A stretch of 63,701 nt of DNA, the filler included, from Octopus bimaculoides (lineage: Eukaryota), in the NCBI RefSeq assembly GCF_001194135.2. It is 6 parts of 6 records of this genome, joined end to end, with 100 filler letters (N's around TTAATTAATTAA, not from the genome) between each part and the next. Parts side by side here need not be neighbours in the genome. Positions count along the whole stretch, not along the records: positions 9,269 to 27,308 come from NC_068982.1; positions 27,409 to 55,368 come from NC_068999.1; 4 more parts are not named here. One strand, written 5' to 3'. Of this stretch, positions 25,700 through 39,900 are shown piece after piece; the first letter of the stretch is position 1; each line of letters opens with the position of its first letter. A program made the position numbers and the translations under genes. The notes beneath the pieces were generated by a model. It saw only the letters and a list, made by a program, of their open reading frames with translations, had not been told where the DNA came from and did not search any database.

Positions 25700-26820
25700 A
25701 TATAAAGAGTTAAGTTTATGTCTACATTTAATTTTGCGTTCATCTTGGCAATTTATTAATTTTTTTATTATTATTAGTAAATAGTATCTCCTTAAACTCG
25801 TTATTGCATAAAAAGCAACATTTACTGTCTATTTGATAAGATTTAGCCTTGCAAACTATTTCACATTTTAAATTGTATTTAATTCCTTTCGATTTCAGGA
25901 CGATTTCTCCTTTCCGAGAGCTGCGACAGTTTGTTGCTGGAAGAAGCATATAGTATTTTGCGAGTGGAATGAGTTTTCATCATTAACTTGTAATTAACAC
26001 ACGAAGAGAACGATTAACCACCCAGAAACTCGGGTTCATGTGTATCAAGTAAGACTAGAGATGTGAGCGATGTCCTCTCCTCGCAAATACTATGTATTTA
26101 CGAAGCAAGTAGAATTAATTACGTTGCTATTCTTAAAAGAATGCATATGTTGAGCCACTCGTGATTTGATATTGCTAGTGGATGAGCCGATGTAAATCGT
26201 GTTTAGATTATATTTATTCTTGTTATTATTACCATTAAGAGTTACTACACATTGATATACCACGTTCTCTAATTTACATTTATTGTTAAATTTGCATTTG
26301 GTTTTATCTTTGCATGCGCAGTTAGTGCTGATCTTTATTATAACTATTATTATTATTGGGAGTGTAGCTTAATTTTTTATCCTAAAACTTATTCAATTTT
26401 AACTTATTAAGGGATGAAATAATGTTACCAACACTATTAGTAGTAGAGTAACCAACCCCTAAGTTCTTACTAGAGAAAATGCCTTCATATTTTTTTATGG
26501 TTTTTAATGAATGTTTCGATTATATTTAGAATTTCTTTAATATTTGTTTTAACCTGTCCCCGTAAGTGATTTTTAACCAAGTCTTTTCCTTATTATTTCT
26601 ATTATTTGTTTTATGATTTTTATCTTTAAATGAATGATCTATCCTTGTCTTAGCTAATTTATAATTCTTATTGTTATGTTTGCATTTATTGTTAGCCTTC
26701 TCTTTGGTTATAATATCATAGTTATCTATGAGAACCTTATCGTTCTTACATTTATGTTGGTTTTTATTAAAAAAACATGTATTATTATAAAAAAACATAT
26801 GCATTGTATTTATTATCATA
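25700..26820 (-). mobile_element. Second PLE-type GIY-YIG element (frameshifted, with internal insertion)
   Basis: WLKITYGDRLK/TNIKEILNII...YEGIFSSKNLGVGYS...CACKDKTKCKFNNKCKLENVVYQC...TIYIGSSTSNIKSRVAQHMHSF...[insert]...LKSKGIKYNLKCEIV...CFLCNNE. Confidence 0.8.
25950..26093. mobile_element. Inverted-repeat-bounded insertion within the GIY-YIG coding region
   Basis: ATAGTATTTTGCGAG (25950-25964) and CTCGCAAATACTAT (26080-26093). Confidence 0.5.
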
Positions 26821-27277
26821 TTTTTTTTATATTAAAGGTATAGCTAGAATTATTGTTAAAAGATTTAATATTCTTATTATATCCCACCTTACAAAGGGCT
26901 TCATTATAGTAAGATGCATATTTATGGGAAATTTCGTAGTTAGACAAAAGTAACGATATTCTATTTCCTACATTATATGTTAACGATTTCTTAATCGCGA
27001 GTGGGTAGTTACTCTTAGCATTAATATATTTACGTTTTTCATTGTTTTTATGTAAAGCTTGAAATATACCTGTTATTAAATCTTTTGGAATTTACAGTTT
27101 TTTTTAATTAGTATTTGGAAGAGTACGCTTTTCTTGATGGTGTCTGATCTCCTTCATTGTTTGAATTGCATCTTGGTGGTTCTTCTCTAAATTATTAATA
27201 TATTTTTCATTATAAAATTCTATTTGATATTAATAAATTGAGCACCCTTGTAAGTTCGGATTTTGACATTCCCTACT

Positions 27278-27308
<31 letters not shown>

Positions 27309-27408
27309 NNNNNNNNNNNNNNNNNNNNNNNNNNNNNNNNNNNNNNNNNNNNTTAATTAATTAANNNNNNNNNNNNNNNNNNNNNNNNNNNNNNNNNNNN
27401 NNNNNNNN

Positions 27409-27450
<42 letters not shown>

Positions 27451-29886
27451 TTATATATACAGAGAAATACACACGCAAGCAACATATGTCAAGATATATA
27501 GAGAAAAATTGAACGAAAGAAAGAAAGAAAATAGTTAGAAATATAGATATATATATAGACATAGATGTATACACACACACGCACACACACATATACATAT
27601 ACTTACAATGTTACATGTGTGTACGTTCGTATGTGTTCATGTGAATTATGTAAAATATGTTATTGAACCATACATAGCCTTACATGATATTCTACACATT
27701 AATGCAAATTATTAAAATTATTTTTACAGGTAAAATTCCGTCATTTTGCCGTTGATGAAATTTAATTCACTCACATCCCGATGTACTAAATTCTATATGC
27801 ACTAATTAATTTATAAAATTTCTCATCTGAGTGGATGAACTACCCAGCGGCAATTATTATCGACCTCACAAATACAACCTAGTGGAATATTGAAGGAGCT
27901 AGAAATACAACTCTTGTGTTAATTTACACGCCCTTGTTCAATGATAATCTGATAATGATTTGCATGCAAGGTATAACTCTAAGGCACTCAAACAATACCC
28001 TAAAAATACCAATTATTTTCCACATGATCAATTATGTAATGGGATCTAAATTTTGCAGCTTATTCGATGATGCTCATCAATTATAACATTAGCAGTGGCT
28101 CAGCGTCAATAACGGAACTTAACCTGAATGTAGAATCCATCTTCATATCTGGATGAAACTGGGTCGTTGGTAAGTTAGGGATGCTTTATTGACAACTCTC
28201 AAAATGGTCAGTAGTCCTGTAAAAATGCGTTTTCGAACTGCTCAGTAAATGCAGGAGTAATTTTCTTTTTGTCAATACTTCCGGAATTATATAATTCTTC
28301 TTTTTATTTTAGTTACTTAGGTTATGCATTATACCATTTATGTTATACCTGGTTATTGTGCCGCTGACGCTTCTCAACAAACTCGTTTCAATTTCGAGCA
28401 CGCTACTTGGACTACGATTAGTTTTCTTATTCCTTATTCTCAAGACTAGAGATGATTTAAAAACTCTGATGGAATTTCAGTATAAGGTTAATATGCAATT
28501 TAAGATTTGATGGAAGTCCGAAAATTCGATGACGCAATTTTGTACACGGATTCACATTAATCAAACCTGAAGCTTAACCCAAATGCTATAAGTATCTGTT
28601 GAATACTCAACTACTAAAACTATAATCACATTTGTGGTCATTACACTTACTTGTATGAAACGATGATGCACTTAGTTTTACAGTACTATTTCAAATGTAG
28701 AAGATTCTGTGTTAATACATTTGTTCGCAAACACCCTGTTTCGAGTTTCGTCTCTCTGCACTGTATTACAACAGTCATCGTCTACTATATGCTCTGTTAG
28801 TCAATGTTTTGTTAACTGGGCTTTATTGGGTGTAATTTATGTTGAAAATTGTCTGAGGAAAGTTTCCTGTTGTTATTGGGGAGATTTCATTTGTAACCTG
28901 TTTAACAACTGCTACCAACAACATTGTTACATTTAGTGGCGTTCACAAGTCTGAGTCAAATTTTCCTTTCCGTCAAATAACCTCGATGCTTTTCAAAAGA
29001 GTGATATTAATGGATTTTCCTACAGTGTAATGGAATACATACATAAAAAAACAACACGCCGTAATATAATTTGATTGTTGCTAAGGCTACTGCCACGATA
29101 GTTCGATCAAGGAGAATTTTCTTAAAAGCTTCACAGTTGTAAACATTTTTCCTACTTCTTTATCGGAGACGACAATTTTTAATGTGCGTTTCCCTTCTTA
29201 AATGTTGCAGTATAATATAAGGAGAGGTTATGGCAGCTCTTTCTTGTAGACAGAATATATTTGCAGAAATCTTTGGATTCGAATAATGTAAATTGTAATT
29301 TTATGATGATGCGAGGATTAAGAATATTTGATCTCCTGCTTCAGGTTAATATTTAAACAAACGTTGTACTATATCATATTATGCATACGAGCAACAGATT
29401 TTATTTATAATAGTATTAAGTAGGTAAAAAATCTATAAAAATGTCATCGAGGCTGACACTAGTGCAGTTGACAGATTGACCTCTGTAGGACGTCACACAC
29501 ACGCACACACACACACTTACATATCTACAGACAGTCATAAGTGTATACATACACACATACGAATATGAATGTGAAGTGGTTCTATTAAGTCTAAACGTAC
29601 CCATAACACACCGAATACTAAAATAATACCCCTACGATTCAGTTACGTGATAAGGGGCCAGCGGACTCCTAGACCTTTATATGAATGTACTTATCTAAAT
29701 ATAAATATATATATAAATGTATAAATGTATCTATAGCTCTCTCATTCTCATTCTCTTTATCTCTCTGTCTCATTTTATGTGTGTGTGTTTATATGTTCGT
29801 AAGTTTACATACACACACACCCACATATATTATCTGTCTTTGCATGAAACATTAGTAATGTCATCGTACAGTTTTGTTGCATTTAA

Positions 29887-30070
29887 TAAGGCGGCGAGCT
29901 GGTAGAGTCATTAGCATGCCTGGCAAGATGCTTAACGACATTTCGTGTTTACATTCTGAGTTCAAATTCCACCGAAGTCAGCTTCAGCTTTAGCTTTCTC
30001 CCCCTTCGGTAGTTGAAAGAATATATACTAGGATAGATCTACTCAACTTACTGTCCACCAAAACTGCTAG
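29887..30070 (+). mobile_element. OR-like tRNA-derived SINE
   Basis: AAGGCGGCGAGCTGGTAGAGTCATTAGCATGCC...TTCTGAGTTCAAATTCC (Pol III A/B-box-like). Confidence 0.8.
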
Positions 30071-31214
30071 CTTTATATATATCTTTGATATCATTATTGT
30101 AACGTATGACAGTGCATATGTGTTGAACTAACGAAGAGAAAAGTAAGTTCTTCACATCTTTTCATTATTACGGAAATAGTAGCTAGTAACTAACAATAGA
30201 CAAACTTTCAGATTTCTTAGTCCGCAACAGTTCCAAGCTTGAGTATGTTGGCAACAATGAAAGAAGAATGTTTATTAACAGTGAAAGAAGAATGCTAATC
30301 AAAATGTTTGAATTTTCCAGACGTGCTATTCATGTCAGTCAGTTGAGATATTCAAATTTATTTAACTCTTTATTGTTCAAAAAGAAATATATATCAAGTA
30401 GTAGTAACTTGTATTAACCTTCTACCCCAATACGATATATCTCTCTTAAAAAACCGCTACTTTTCGTACTACATCTATTACATAAACCGATGAGATGAGA
30501 TTATGTATAAACGAAGCGAACTATTAAGTCACCAAGTGCTTACTAATAAAATGTATCGATCTCTATATTAAACGAGTACACCCTGGTGAATTAACCGTAT
30601 GCACACTTATTATACTGCATTTACACATCCATAAACATTTGGCAAAATGTGTATAAATACTAGATATGAAATATAAAGTGAGAACAGAAGCAAAATCATA
30701 ATAATAATAAAAACTATATAAGTACAAGAATAATAACAGATTAAACAAATCTGCATTAAAATCAAACTAGGAACATTCTTCCATGCAGGCAAAATTTAAT
30801 CTTCGATAAATCCTATGTTCAAATCTAATAATTATTATTCTGACAAATATCGCAAAAACGTTGCCAATATTCTGTGTTTCGTAGACAATGTGGACATTTC
30901 ATATAAATACACATACATATATACATATCTATAATAGTGAGCGTATGTACATTGACAGATATATGCTACCTTAATTCACACAAACATAATCAAGCAAACA
31001 CACACACATAAATGTGTATATATGAGAACGTGCATACATATACACACTTACATACATTCATACATAGATACTTGTGTGTGTGTGTGTGTGTGAGTGTGTG
31101 TTTGTGTATGTGCGTGTGTGCATTTTTGTGTAAGATAGACAGATAAATATGTGCACTTGTGTGAGATACACGGACAAATGTGTGCATCTGTGTGAGATTG
31201 CAGATAAATAGATA

Positions 31215-31224
31215 AAGAAAGAGA

Positions 31225-31275
<51 letters not shown>
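31215..31275. repeat. (AG)n microsatellite
   Basis: Direct inspection. Confidence 0.95.
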
Positions 31276-31299
<24 letters not shown>

Positions 31300-31670
31300 T
31301 TAGACAGGGAGAGTGAGTTGGACAGACATTTGTAACAGACGCTATGAAATGATGAGATGTTACTAATGAGATTTCTTGTAAATACCTTTGCCAGAGAGGA
31401 AAAATGTCTTAAGCTTATTTTCGAAATTTACTTATTTCTTTTTACTGACGCCAACAAATCTAAGTTTCCTACAAAGCTGTTATTTTGTGATTTGTGTTTG
31501 GGGTTGTGCTTGTTAGATATTCCGCACCGTTAAAGTTTCGTACGTGATCCACGGGCTGGTAGTTTTGTCCATTGGAAATCTCAAGATTACCCAACAAAAC
31601 TATCCTGAACTCCTTGAATGTAACCACATTAAACACAAACACACAGACACACAACGCATGCATACACAAA

Positions 31671-31729
<59 letters not shown>

Positions 31730-32149
31730 TCTGTCTCTCACACACAGATGCACACATATACATGCTCATATATTTATGGGTGTGGGTGTGAGTGTGTTTT
31801 TGTGTGTGATTGTGTATGTTTAAGGTAATGCAAGCTCGATATTGTTGATTGGCAGGAGCAGCCAGTCTTTAGTATCAAGCTTGTATTACCCTAAATACAA
31901 TACCAATAGTATCGAACTAAATTAGGACCACTTGAGAAGTATGCAATTAGTTGACCATTTTTAGAAATATGTTAAAGAAGATGGCTATTGTGGAATACCG
32001 AACACACAGAGGTATAAATGTCATAGGAGGAAAGTAAGCTAATTTTTGTGCACGATCTTATAATTTAACATGAACAATGTGATAAACGAATGAAAATTCA
32101 CAAAATATGTGTGAGGAATCAAACAGTTTAATTTAAAGATATATAAAGG

Positions 32150-34750
32150 GATTGATTTGGAAATAATAAAGAAGCGTTATGAAGAATATGAAATGAATGA
32201 GTGTAAATTTGCACATACACATATAACTCTAAGTGTATATGTTAGAGTTTTCATAAATGACAACCTTGTTTGGCCTATATATTTTTTTTCCACATTCTGA
32301 AAAAGCTATCACACAAATTAAATTTTCGGATGCACAGGTGCAATACGTCTTAATTGTGAATCTTATTTGAATTGGAATTCTGTACCTTTCAGTGGATTGG
32401 GGACAGTCCCTCAACTTGCATGTCAGCATTTTTTAACTATTGATTTAGTTGTTGCAGAGTATTCCTTCGAATTTATCATTATTCCTTTTCGTGATTTGGG
32501 TTGTTTCTTAATTTGGCTGAATTTGTGTTTGTAGAATGTTGGTCAGCATTGTATCCCTAATGAGCATTGACAGATTTTGAATAATGATGTTGTCTGCCTC
32601 ATTTATTCTAGGGTTGCCTATCGGTATATAGGGCAGTATTTGTAGATGGGTGTAGAATTTCCTTTTGTTTTGTTGAGTGTTTAGATATCTATCTTCTAGG
32701 CACATTTAATCTCATCATCTATAAGTGAGTGTGGATAGTGTCTCTCGGTTTGTGTTGCTCAGTGGTCCTCAAGTCGGTGGCCCCGAGTATTTGCATCAGA
32801 AACTGTTGTGCAAATCGTTTTCGCTAAATTAAAAGGAATATTTATTTTGTTTTCTTTCGGGTGACTTGAACTAAGCAGAAGATATTGCTCAGATTCTGTT
32901 GGTTTACAACAAATATCGGTTTGAATTTCATCGTTGACTTTCTCATCAAAATATGAAGGAATGGGAGTTACTCCTTGAGCTACTTCACTGTAAGCTGAAT
33001 ATTTGGATTTATACTATTTAGTAGTGATTTAAATTCAAAATATTTCACAATGGTCTCATTACAAATGATAATGCTGTCATCCAGATACCATTTCTTATAT
33101 TACGGTAGAATGGGTATTCACGTTTTGTAGTCATACTTTATAAATGATAAATTCTAAATATCTCATTATTAGGCGTGCAAGAACTGAGGTTGCATTTATT
33201 CCCATCGCATTTCAATATTTTTTTCGGGAGTGGGTGTCATCAAATACAAAGTAATTACTCTAGAAGATAAATTTTAAAGTTACCTTAATAAATCCCCCGT
33301 TTATGCGCCCCGGGAGTTCTTCATGATAATTATCGAGCCAGAATCAGATTGCATCTATTGTGGGATATTGGTGTATAGATTGACAACATGGAAGGAAACC
33401 ATGATTATTTCTTCAATAATTGTTTTTCGTAGGTGGTTTGGCATATCTAGATCCTCTCCAATGAAACTTTTGATATATTTCAAATGGGATTTCTGTAGTA
33501 CATCTCCAAATTTGCTTCGGCAGTGGGTTTCATACGTTGGGCCAGCTATTATAAGGATTAACTTTAACTGATGTGTATGTGTATAAATGGTGATTGTAAG
33601 CGGGCTTCATCAATTAACTGGCTCATTTGTATTTTAGGTAAGCCGTAGAAAAGACTAGGAGTACATTTAAAATTTGTGATATTATCTATTTCTTTGTTTG
33701 TCAGATCTTTTCCAAGTATTCTTTTCTAACATGGGTATTAATAGGTTTTGTAGCATTCTATGTCGATTACGACTACAGCATTTGCCTTGTTGGCTACTCT
33801 GAATGTAAGTTCTCCCCCCCGCTCTTTCTCTNNNNNNNNNNNNNNNNNNNNNNNNNNNNNNNNNNNNNNNNNNNNNNNNNNNNNNNNNNNNNNNNNNNNN
33901 NNNNNNNNNNNNNNNNNNNNNNNNNNNNNNNNNNNNNNNNNNNNNNNNNNNNNNNNNNNNNNNNNNNNNNNNNNNNNNNNNNNNNNNNNNNNNNNNNNNN
34001 NNNNNNNNNNNNNNNNNNNNNNNNNNNNNNNNNNAAGCGAAAATGCACATTGGAAATCAAAAACAGTTACGGCTTTTCGTGAAAAGTAACGATAGATATA
34101 TACAATTAGATGAACTGAGGTAGGAATAAAGCTAATAAAAGTAATTATTGTGAGGTGCTAAAGAGATTCAAAAGCATACGGGTTTCATAACATTACTAAT
34201 CATTGCTTTGAATGTACACCGAATTCTAAACGGTGTCAAGTCTCTTAGTCCCTTAGTAAAAATGTTATGCGTAAGGGAGGTAAGTAGTTCTGAATTTGGT
34301 GCCACATTGAACTTTAATGTGAATGGTGTATGGGATGTATGGGGGTTAGTGGTATTAAATGGAAGATTAGTAGTGTTCATAATATAGAATCTTGATTACG
34401 GCATTCTTTGTTTTCATCTCCAAAAAAAATTTTTAACTGAAGCGTCTTCCCCTCTTCGTGTATTCCTTCCAAGTGGCTTACCCCGATGTCTTCGATACCC
34501 TTCATATATAAATTGTGAAGATGCAGGGCAGGGTAGTCAAAATAGAATGAAACTGCCATAAATCAATTTGAGATATATTCGTTGGTTATTGTTTTTTTGT
34601 GATTTCATCTCCCAATAGGGTTAATTTTCGATTATTGGATAATATTTTTTTATTTTCATGTTCATTAAGATAAAGCGTCGCTCTAATATGATTGACGGAT
34701 TGATGAGTCATTCAACAAACTCCATGTAGCGATAGTTCAGGCAATGCAAT
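32150..34750 (-). mobile_element. Decayed Penelope-like element with RT and GIY-YIG domains
   Basis: RT motifs FYGLPKI, IIAGPTYETH, SFHVVNLYTNIP, FWLDNY.EELP.RI, NYFVFDD, AMG (33150-33750). EN region NPR.NEA.NIIIQNL...RFTIKT..TCASENLI.VI..S.CG (32200-32700). The 5' extent is approximate. Confidence 0.85.
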
Positions 34751-35266
34751 CTGAGGTGTCCTGTATCGAAATTTGTGTCAAAAATATCAGCATTTGCTTT
34801 TACTTAGATATGGTCAATGTGATGGCTGTATAGCACCAAAACATAAATAACAACAATTTTGTCGCAAATAATATTTATTATATTTTATAACATTGCACTA
34901 TACTCACTGCGAATTAGGGCCCATTTGATTGCCATCCGAAACATAACTTTGCAGCGTCTAATCACTTTATTCTATGCACATATTCGCTACTTAAGTCATA
35001 CATCGTTTTTGTCCTTGCCACAAATATTACATACATTTTGCATATTATAGACCGATGCCTTAAAGATGTATTCACACACACTCTGTTATCAATTATGGGT
35101 TATTATATAGATTTTTGGAAGTCCTTATCAAAATCCCCAGCTAAACACACGTACATTGACGCGCAAACACATACACACACGTACACATGCAAACGCAGAG
35201 ATATAGATATAGATGGATGGTTAGATAGATATAGATATATACCTAAACGCACATATATTTGAATAA

Positions 35267-35304
<38 letters not shown>

Positions 35305-35642
35305 NNNNNNNNNNNNNNNNNNNNNNNNNNNNNNNNNNNNNNNNNNNNNNNNNNNNNNNNNNNNNNNNNNNNNNNNNNNNNNNNNNNNNNNNNNNNNNNN
35401 NNNNNNNNNNNNNNNNNNNNNNNNNNNNNNNNNNNNNNNNNNNNNNNNNNNNNNNNNNNNNNNNNNNNNNNNNNNNNNNNNNNNNNNNNNNNNNNNNNNN
35501 NNNNNNNNNNNNNNNNNNNNNNNNNNNNNNNNNNNNNNNNNNNNNNNNNNNNNNNNNNNNNNNNNNNNNNNNNNNNNNNNNNNNNNNNNNNNNNNNNNNN
35601 NNNNNNNNNNNNNNNNNNNNNNNNNNNNNNNNNNNNNNNNNN

Positions 35643-35688
<46 letters not shown>

Positions 35689-36759
35689 ATATATATACAT
35701 ATACATGTATGTGTGTGTTTGTGTGTGTGTATGTGTCTATATGTATATATGTATATATAATGATCATGCACGCCTATACATATATCTGATTTAAAATATT
35801 TCAAAGACGTAATTAGTTCTATTCCAGCTGAGATTCTAGGAATAGATAGAGGATAAAATCAAATACAATTGCAAACAGAAAGGAAAATAGGGTGGAGATA
35901 TATAGAGACGGTTCTCTGTGTAGGAAAAGGGTAGAAACATGGAAAGCAAAATGTTAAATAAATAAGGTTCCCGTTTTTTTTCGTTTTTTGTTTCGTTTTT
36001 TTTTCCATGCAAATAGATATAAGAGAAAAGCATAATGCAGGAGGAGAAGCATGAGAAGTAGAGAGGAACTGGATATTTGATATTACATAACTCTAAACAT
36101 TATATCGATTATTTCCTGCTCTCTAACCTTATTTGCTTGTTGGAACAAAAATGGAGAATTATTACATTACATTTCTTTATCAACATTAATAGTTTCATAG
36201 TATATTTTCAATTTGGAAATATTAGTAGAAGACAATCATACACATACTTCTTAGAAGTAAAATTGTATTTCCAATTAGCGTAACATAGCTACAAGCAATT
36301 TAAATTAGTAATATAATAAACAATTTTTTTCCCCAGGTTCAAACGTACCTTGTTAAAAATCAATGTGATAGCTTGCTTGGCAGATATGTGTATTCATTTT
36401 ATACTGACCGAATATCACTACTGATTACTTTATTTCATTATGCCCTAATGTGGCACAGGCAGTCCATTTGATTGCCACAGGCAGTCCATGTGTTTAACAA
36501 CCTACCTTAAGTACAGTTCGCGCAGACTAATTCCTTCAAAAATTTCAGAATGTCTTATTAGTAACACTGGCAAATTTTGGTTTCTTTAGATAAATACTAA
36601 GTATCCCCATAATAAGCTGAAGTAATCATAAAGTAAGTATATTGGAGTGGAAATACTAATCTCGTCGTCTCTCCTTTGTAGGTTCAAAGGAGACAAATCT
36701 AGAAACAAGCGTATCATATGATAATTACGTTAGTTTAACATTTTGGTACAAGGCTATTA

Positions 36760-36945
36760 ATTTTGGAGTAGAGAGTAAGTTGATTATATCGGACCCAGTG
36801 CTCAATTGGTACACATTTTATCAACCCACAATGGAATTAAAGACAATGTCTACGACGGCAGAATCTGATATTAGAACGTAGAAACAGACGAAATGCTGAT
36901 ATGCATTTTACTAGGGGTGCTAACGATTCTTCCGGTTCACCGCCG
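36760..36945 (-). mobile_element. OR-like SINE, reverse orientation
   Basis: Reverse complement of the 29887 family (..GCTAACGATTCT.CCGGTTCACCGCC). Confidence 0.75.
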
Positions 36946-39900
36946 AATATTATTTGCTGTACGTACAATGTGTAAAGCTTATCTTGTTTGGGTGATTTTT
37001 TTGTTGTTCTTGTCGCCGTCGCTGTTGTTGCTGCTAGGATGTTTGTTGCACAGCCCAATACTAACATTTCTCGAATAGACATGTGTATAGGCGACGGACC
37101 CCATCTCACTTTAGAGAATGCAGGATTATTCTATCAGATATAAAGTCCAACAAAATAATCTCTATAAGATTGATGTTGGTCTGCGTCGAGCAAGGCACAT
37201 ACTATTTACTAAAATGGATAATAGGATTGTCGTGAATTTACTGTGGAAATTGGAACATCGAACTTTACGGAAAGATTTCTTCTTCAGGGAAAAAGTGACC
37301 TGAGAGAAATTTATGACACACTCTTTTTCTTTTTTATTTTTGTATTTCTTATCGTACACGCTAGGGAAAGTTTGGATTGAGATTCAGCTGGAAATAGCAT
37401 GGTGAACTCTAATGTGTGGCCTGTTTTCTCTTCGTTGTTATTGACTTATTGAACAGATATTAAATTGTATATCTATTTTGATACGTTTGCCTTTTCCCTT
37501 CTTCATTTGATTATGTCAACTATATCTATGATTTTCTCGGCAAAATAAAGTAAATGTTAACGGTGATCCGGGATTTATTCGAACGGCTAAAGTCGTTTCA
37601 TATAATATTGGAGCAATATACATGTATGCGAAGTATTTTATATGTATATTTTCCAAATGTCATTATATGTCTTCTAAATAAATTAATTTCGAAAGCAAAT
37701 TTTGTCGACGCCATATACGTTACTTTTCAGTTAAATAATTACATACCTACGAGAGGTTTTCAATTAATATAGTTTATTCCCCTTTCAATTTTAATTTCGT
37801 TATCTTTGATACAAACCTCTGTTTATATCATATATCGTGCACATTTGATTGAATAGAAATATATTATCAATACCAAATTCATAATTGATGAAAATATTCA
37901 AACATAAATGTTTAATTATCTAAACGTTTTATCTCTTTAAAAGCTCAGTGTAATGATTTTAAAAATAAATAATCGATGGAGTGAAACTGGAATTGGCATC
38001 CGTTACACTTCTAACCTCAATTTTTTCGAATACAAACTTAATTTTTGGCATGTTCCTTCCTCTAAATGTCGGCAAAATAAATATTAACCTTATTCTAAAC
38101 ATCTCCAATGTCAACAAAGAGGATTTTTATGAAATATGTTTTAAATATTTTGATATAATTTGTCAAGAGATTTTGTATTTTCAATTCCAATAAGTTTTAC
38201 AACGGTAACATGTGCGCTAATTTTTTTTTTCTTGTCGAAGATCTGAGGAATGCTGCATTAGAGAACGTCTTCACAATATATCAAACACGATTTGCGATTC
38301 AATATGTCACGTTTATTTTCCACAAAATTGCAATTCGATCAAAAATCTCTGTAAATCATACGCTATATTTGTTTCGATCAAATATGAATTTCATTATTAC
38401 AGATCAATAAAATAAACACCAAACCTATAATGGGCGACATTCAATCGACTATATACATAGTGTAAATCAGTATTCTTCTCTCAGTGTAAAAGAAATCAAC
38501 AGTAATTTTATATGGATTTCCGAATGGTTCTGCGTATACGGCCGTTTATTCGATAGAGTGAAAAATGTATATTACTGGTGAGAATACATATTTCGTAAAA
38601 TGTAGTTTCTTTCCTCGAGTTCTTTAAAACCAGTAATGATCTACGTTTCAATAGAAAAAAAAATTCTTGTAAAACGTTCGGAAATGAAATACCCATTTGA
38701 ATTTAGAGATGAGAATCTTCAGATGCTTTGGTTGATATAGGTTCCAACTTGATCGTAGTTATCGTTCCTCTGTAAACTAATTCTGAATTAAAACAAAAAT
38801 ATGCGCCATGAACATGATGTATTTGTACTATACATATTATAATTTTAATAGAATACAATACCATTTATATATTTCATAATATTATTCTTATTATTCATAT
38901 TCTTTTGCATTCAGATTTCTTTCCTGTTCCTTTGAGATCATAACTAGAAACAAATCTGTAAATATTCGATCACAAGAGTAAAATTCTCTAATAAAGCAGC
39001 AAGATAGTCATAAATATGACTATCAGTCTTACAGTCACGATGATAAATAGAATACCACTAGTAGATTTTTATTGCTCGTTCTTTGATATATATGATTACA
39101 GTGAATAGTTCTATATTCAAGGAACTGGGAACCATAGTATAATTGCTTCCACATCATACTTTAACTCCATACAAATCATGTACGTGTTGCGTCTGTGTAA
39201 ATATTTTCCAGGGATATTTATTGCATGATGGAATTACACCAAATTTTCATACCTTAACGCACACATGCAGTTACAATGCACATATATATCATTCTACAAC
39301 CATTAATTCCAATCAATTCGCAATAAGTTGTTTCATCGTGAAATTAGCTGGTATATATTGCAATAAAGCACGGTAATTCGTATGAGAGGTTTCTACGAGT
39401 GCCTCATGTTACTGTAAACTTATTGAAGTATATGGCATGGTTGGCCAGAATTTATATAATACCGTGTGAGTGATATTACCATAATTTCAGTGAATAATTT
39501 AACTCTGCATCAAGAGAAAGCGTACCACACAGTAACATCTACTAAATCTACAACGCACCAGCCTTTTGGCCAGCTGTCCGATTTCAGGCCATTGTCATTT
39601 TAATCGACCACCAAACTTGAGACACTAGGAAACTACCGTCTGTAAAAATATTTTCCCATTCACATACATAAATGTAAAGGTATATTCTCCCAAGTCCTTT
39701 TTTATGATATGAGACAATCTGGCGCAACCGTATTGGTGTAGCTCTTTAGACGCCTGCTTTTTTAGAACAGGAATTCTAATGGTGTTCCCCCCACTCACCG
39801 CACCGTCTCTTTGTCTCTCTGCTACTCCCCTTCGCTTTCTCTCTTTCTCTCACGCTTTGCGTGAGTGAGCATATTTTGTTTTTATGTATGTGTAAGAGTA

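Noticed and set aside
27990-28150. Possible CR1 RT fragment (SLFDDAH, resembling FADD)
   Set aside because: A single weak motif.
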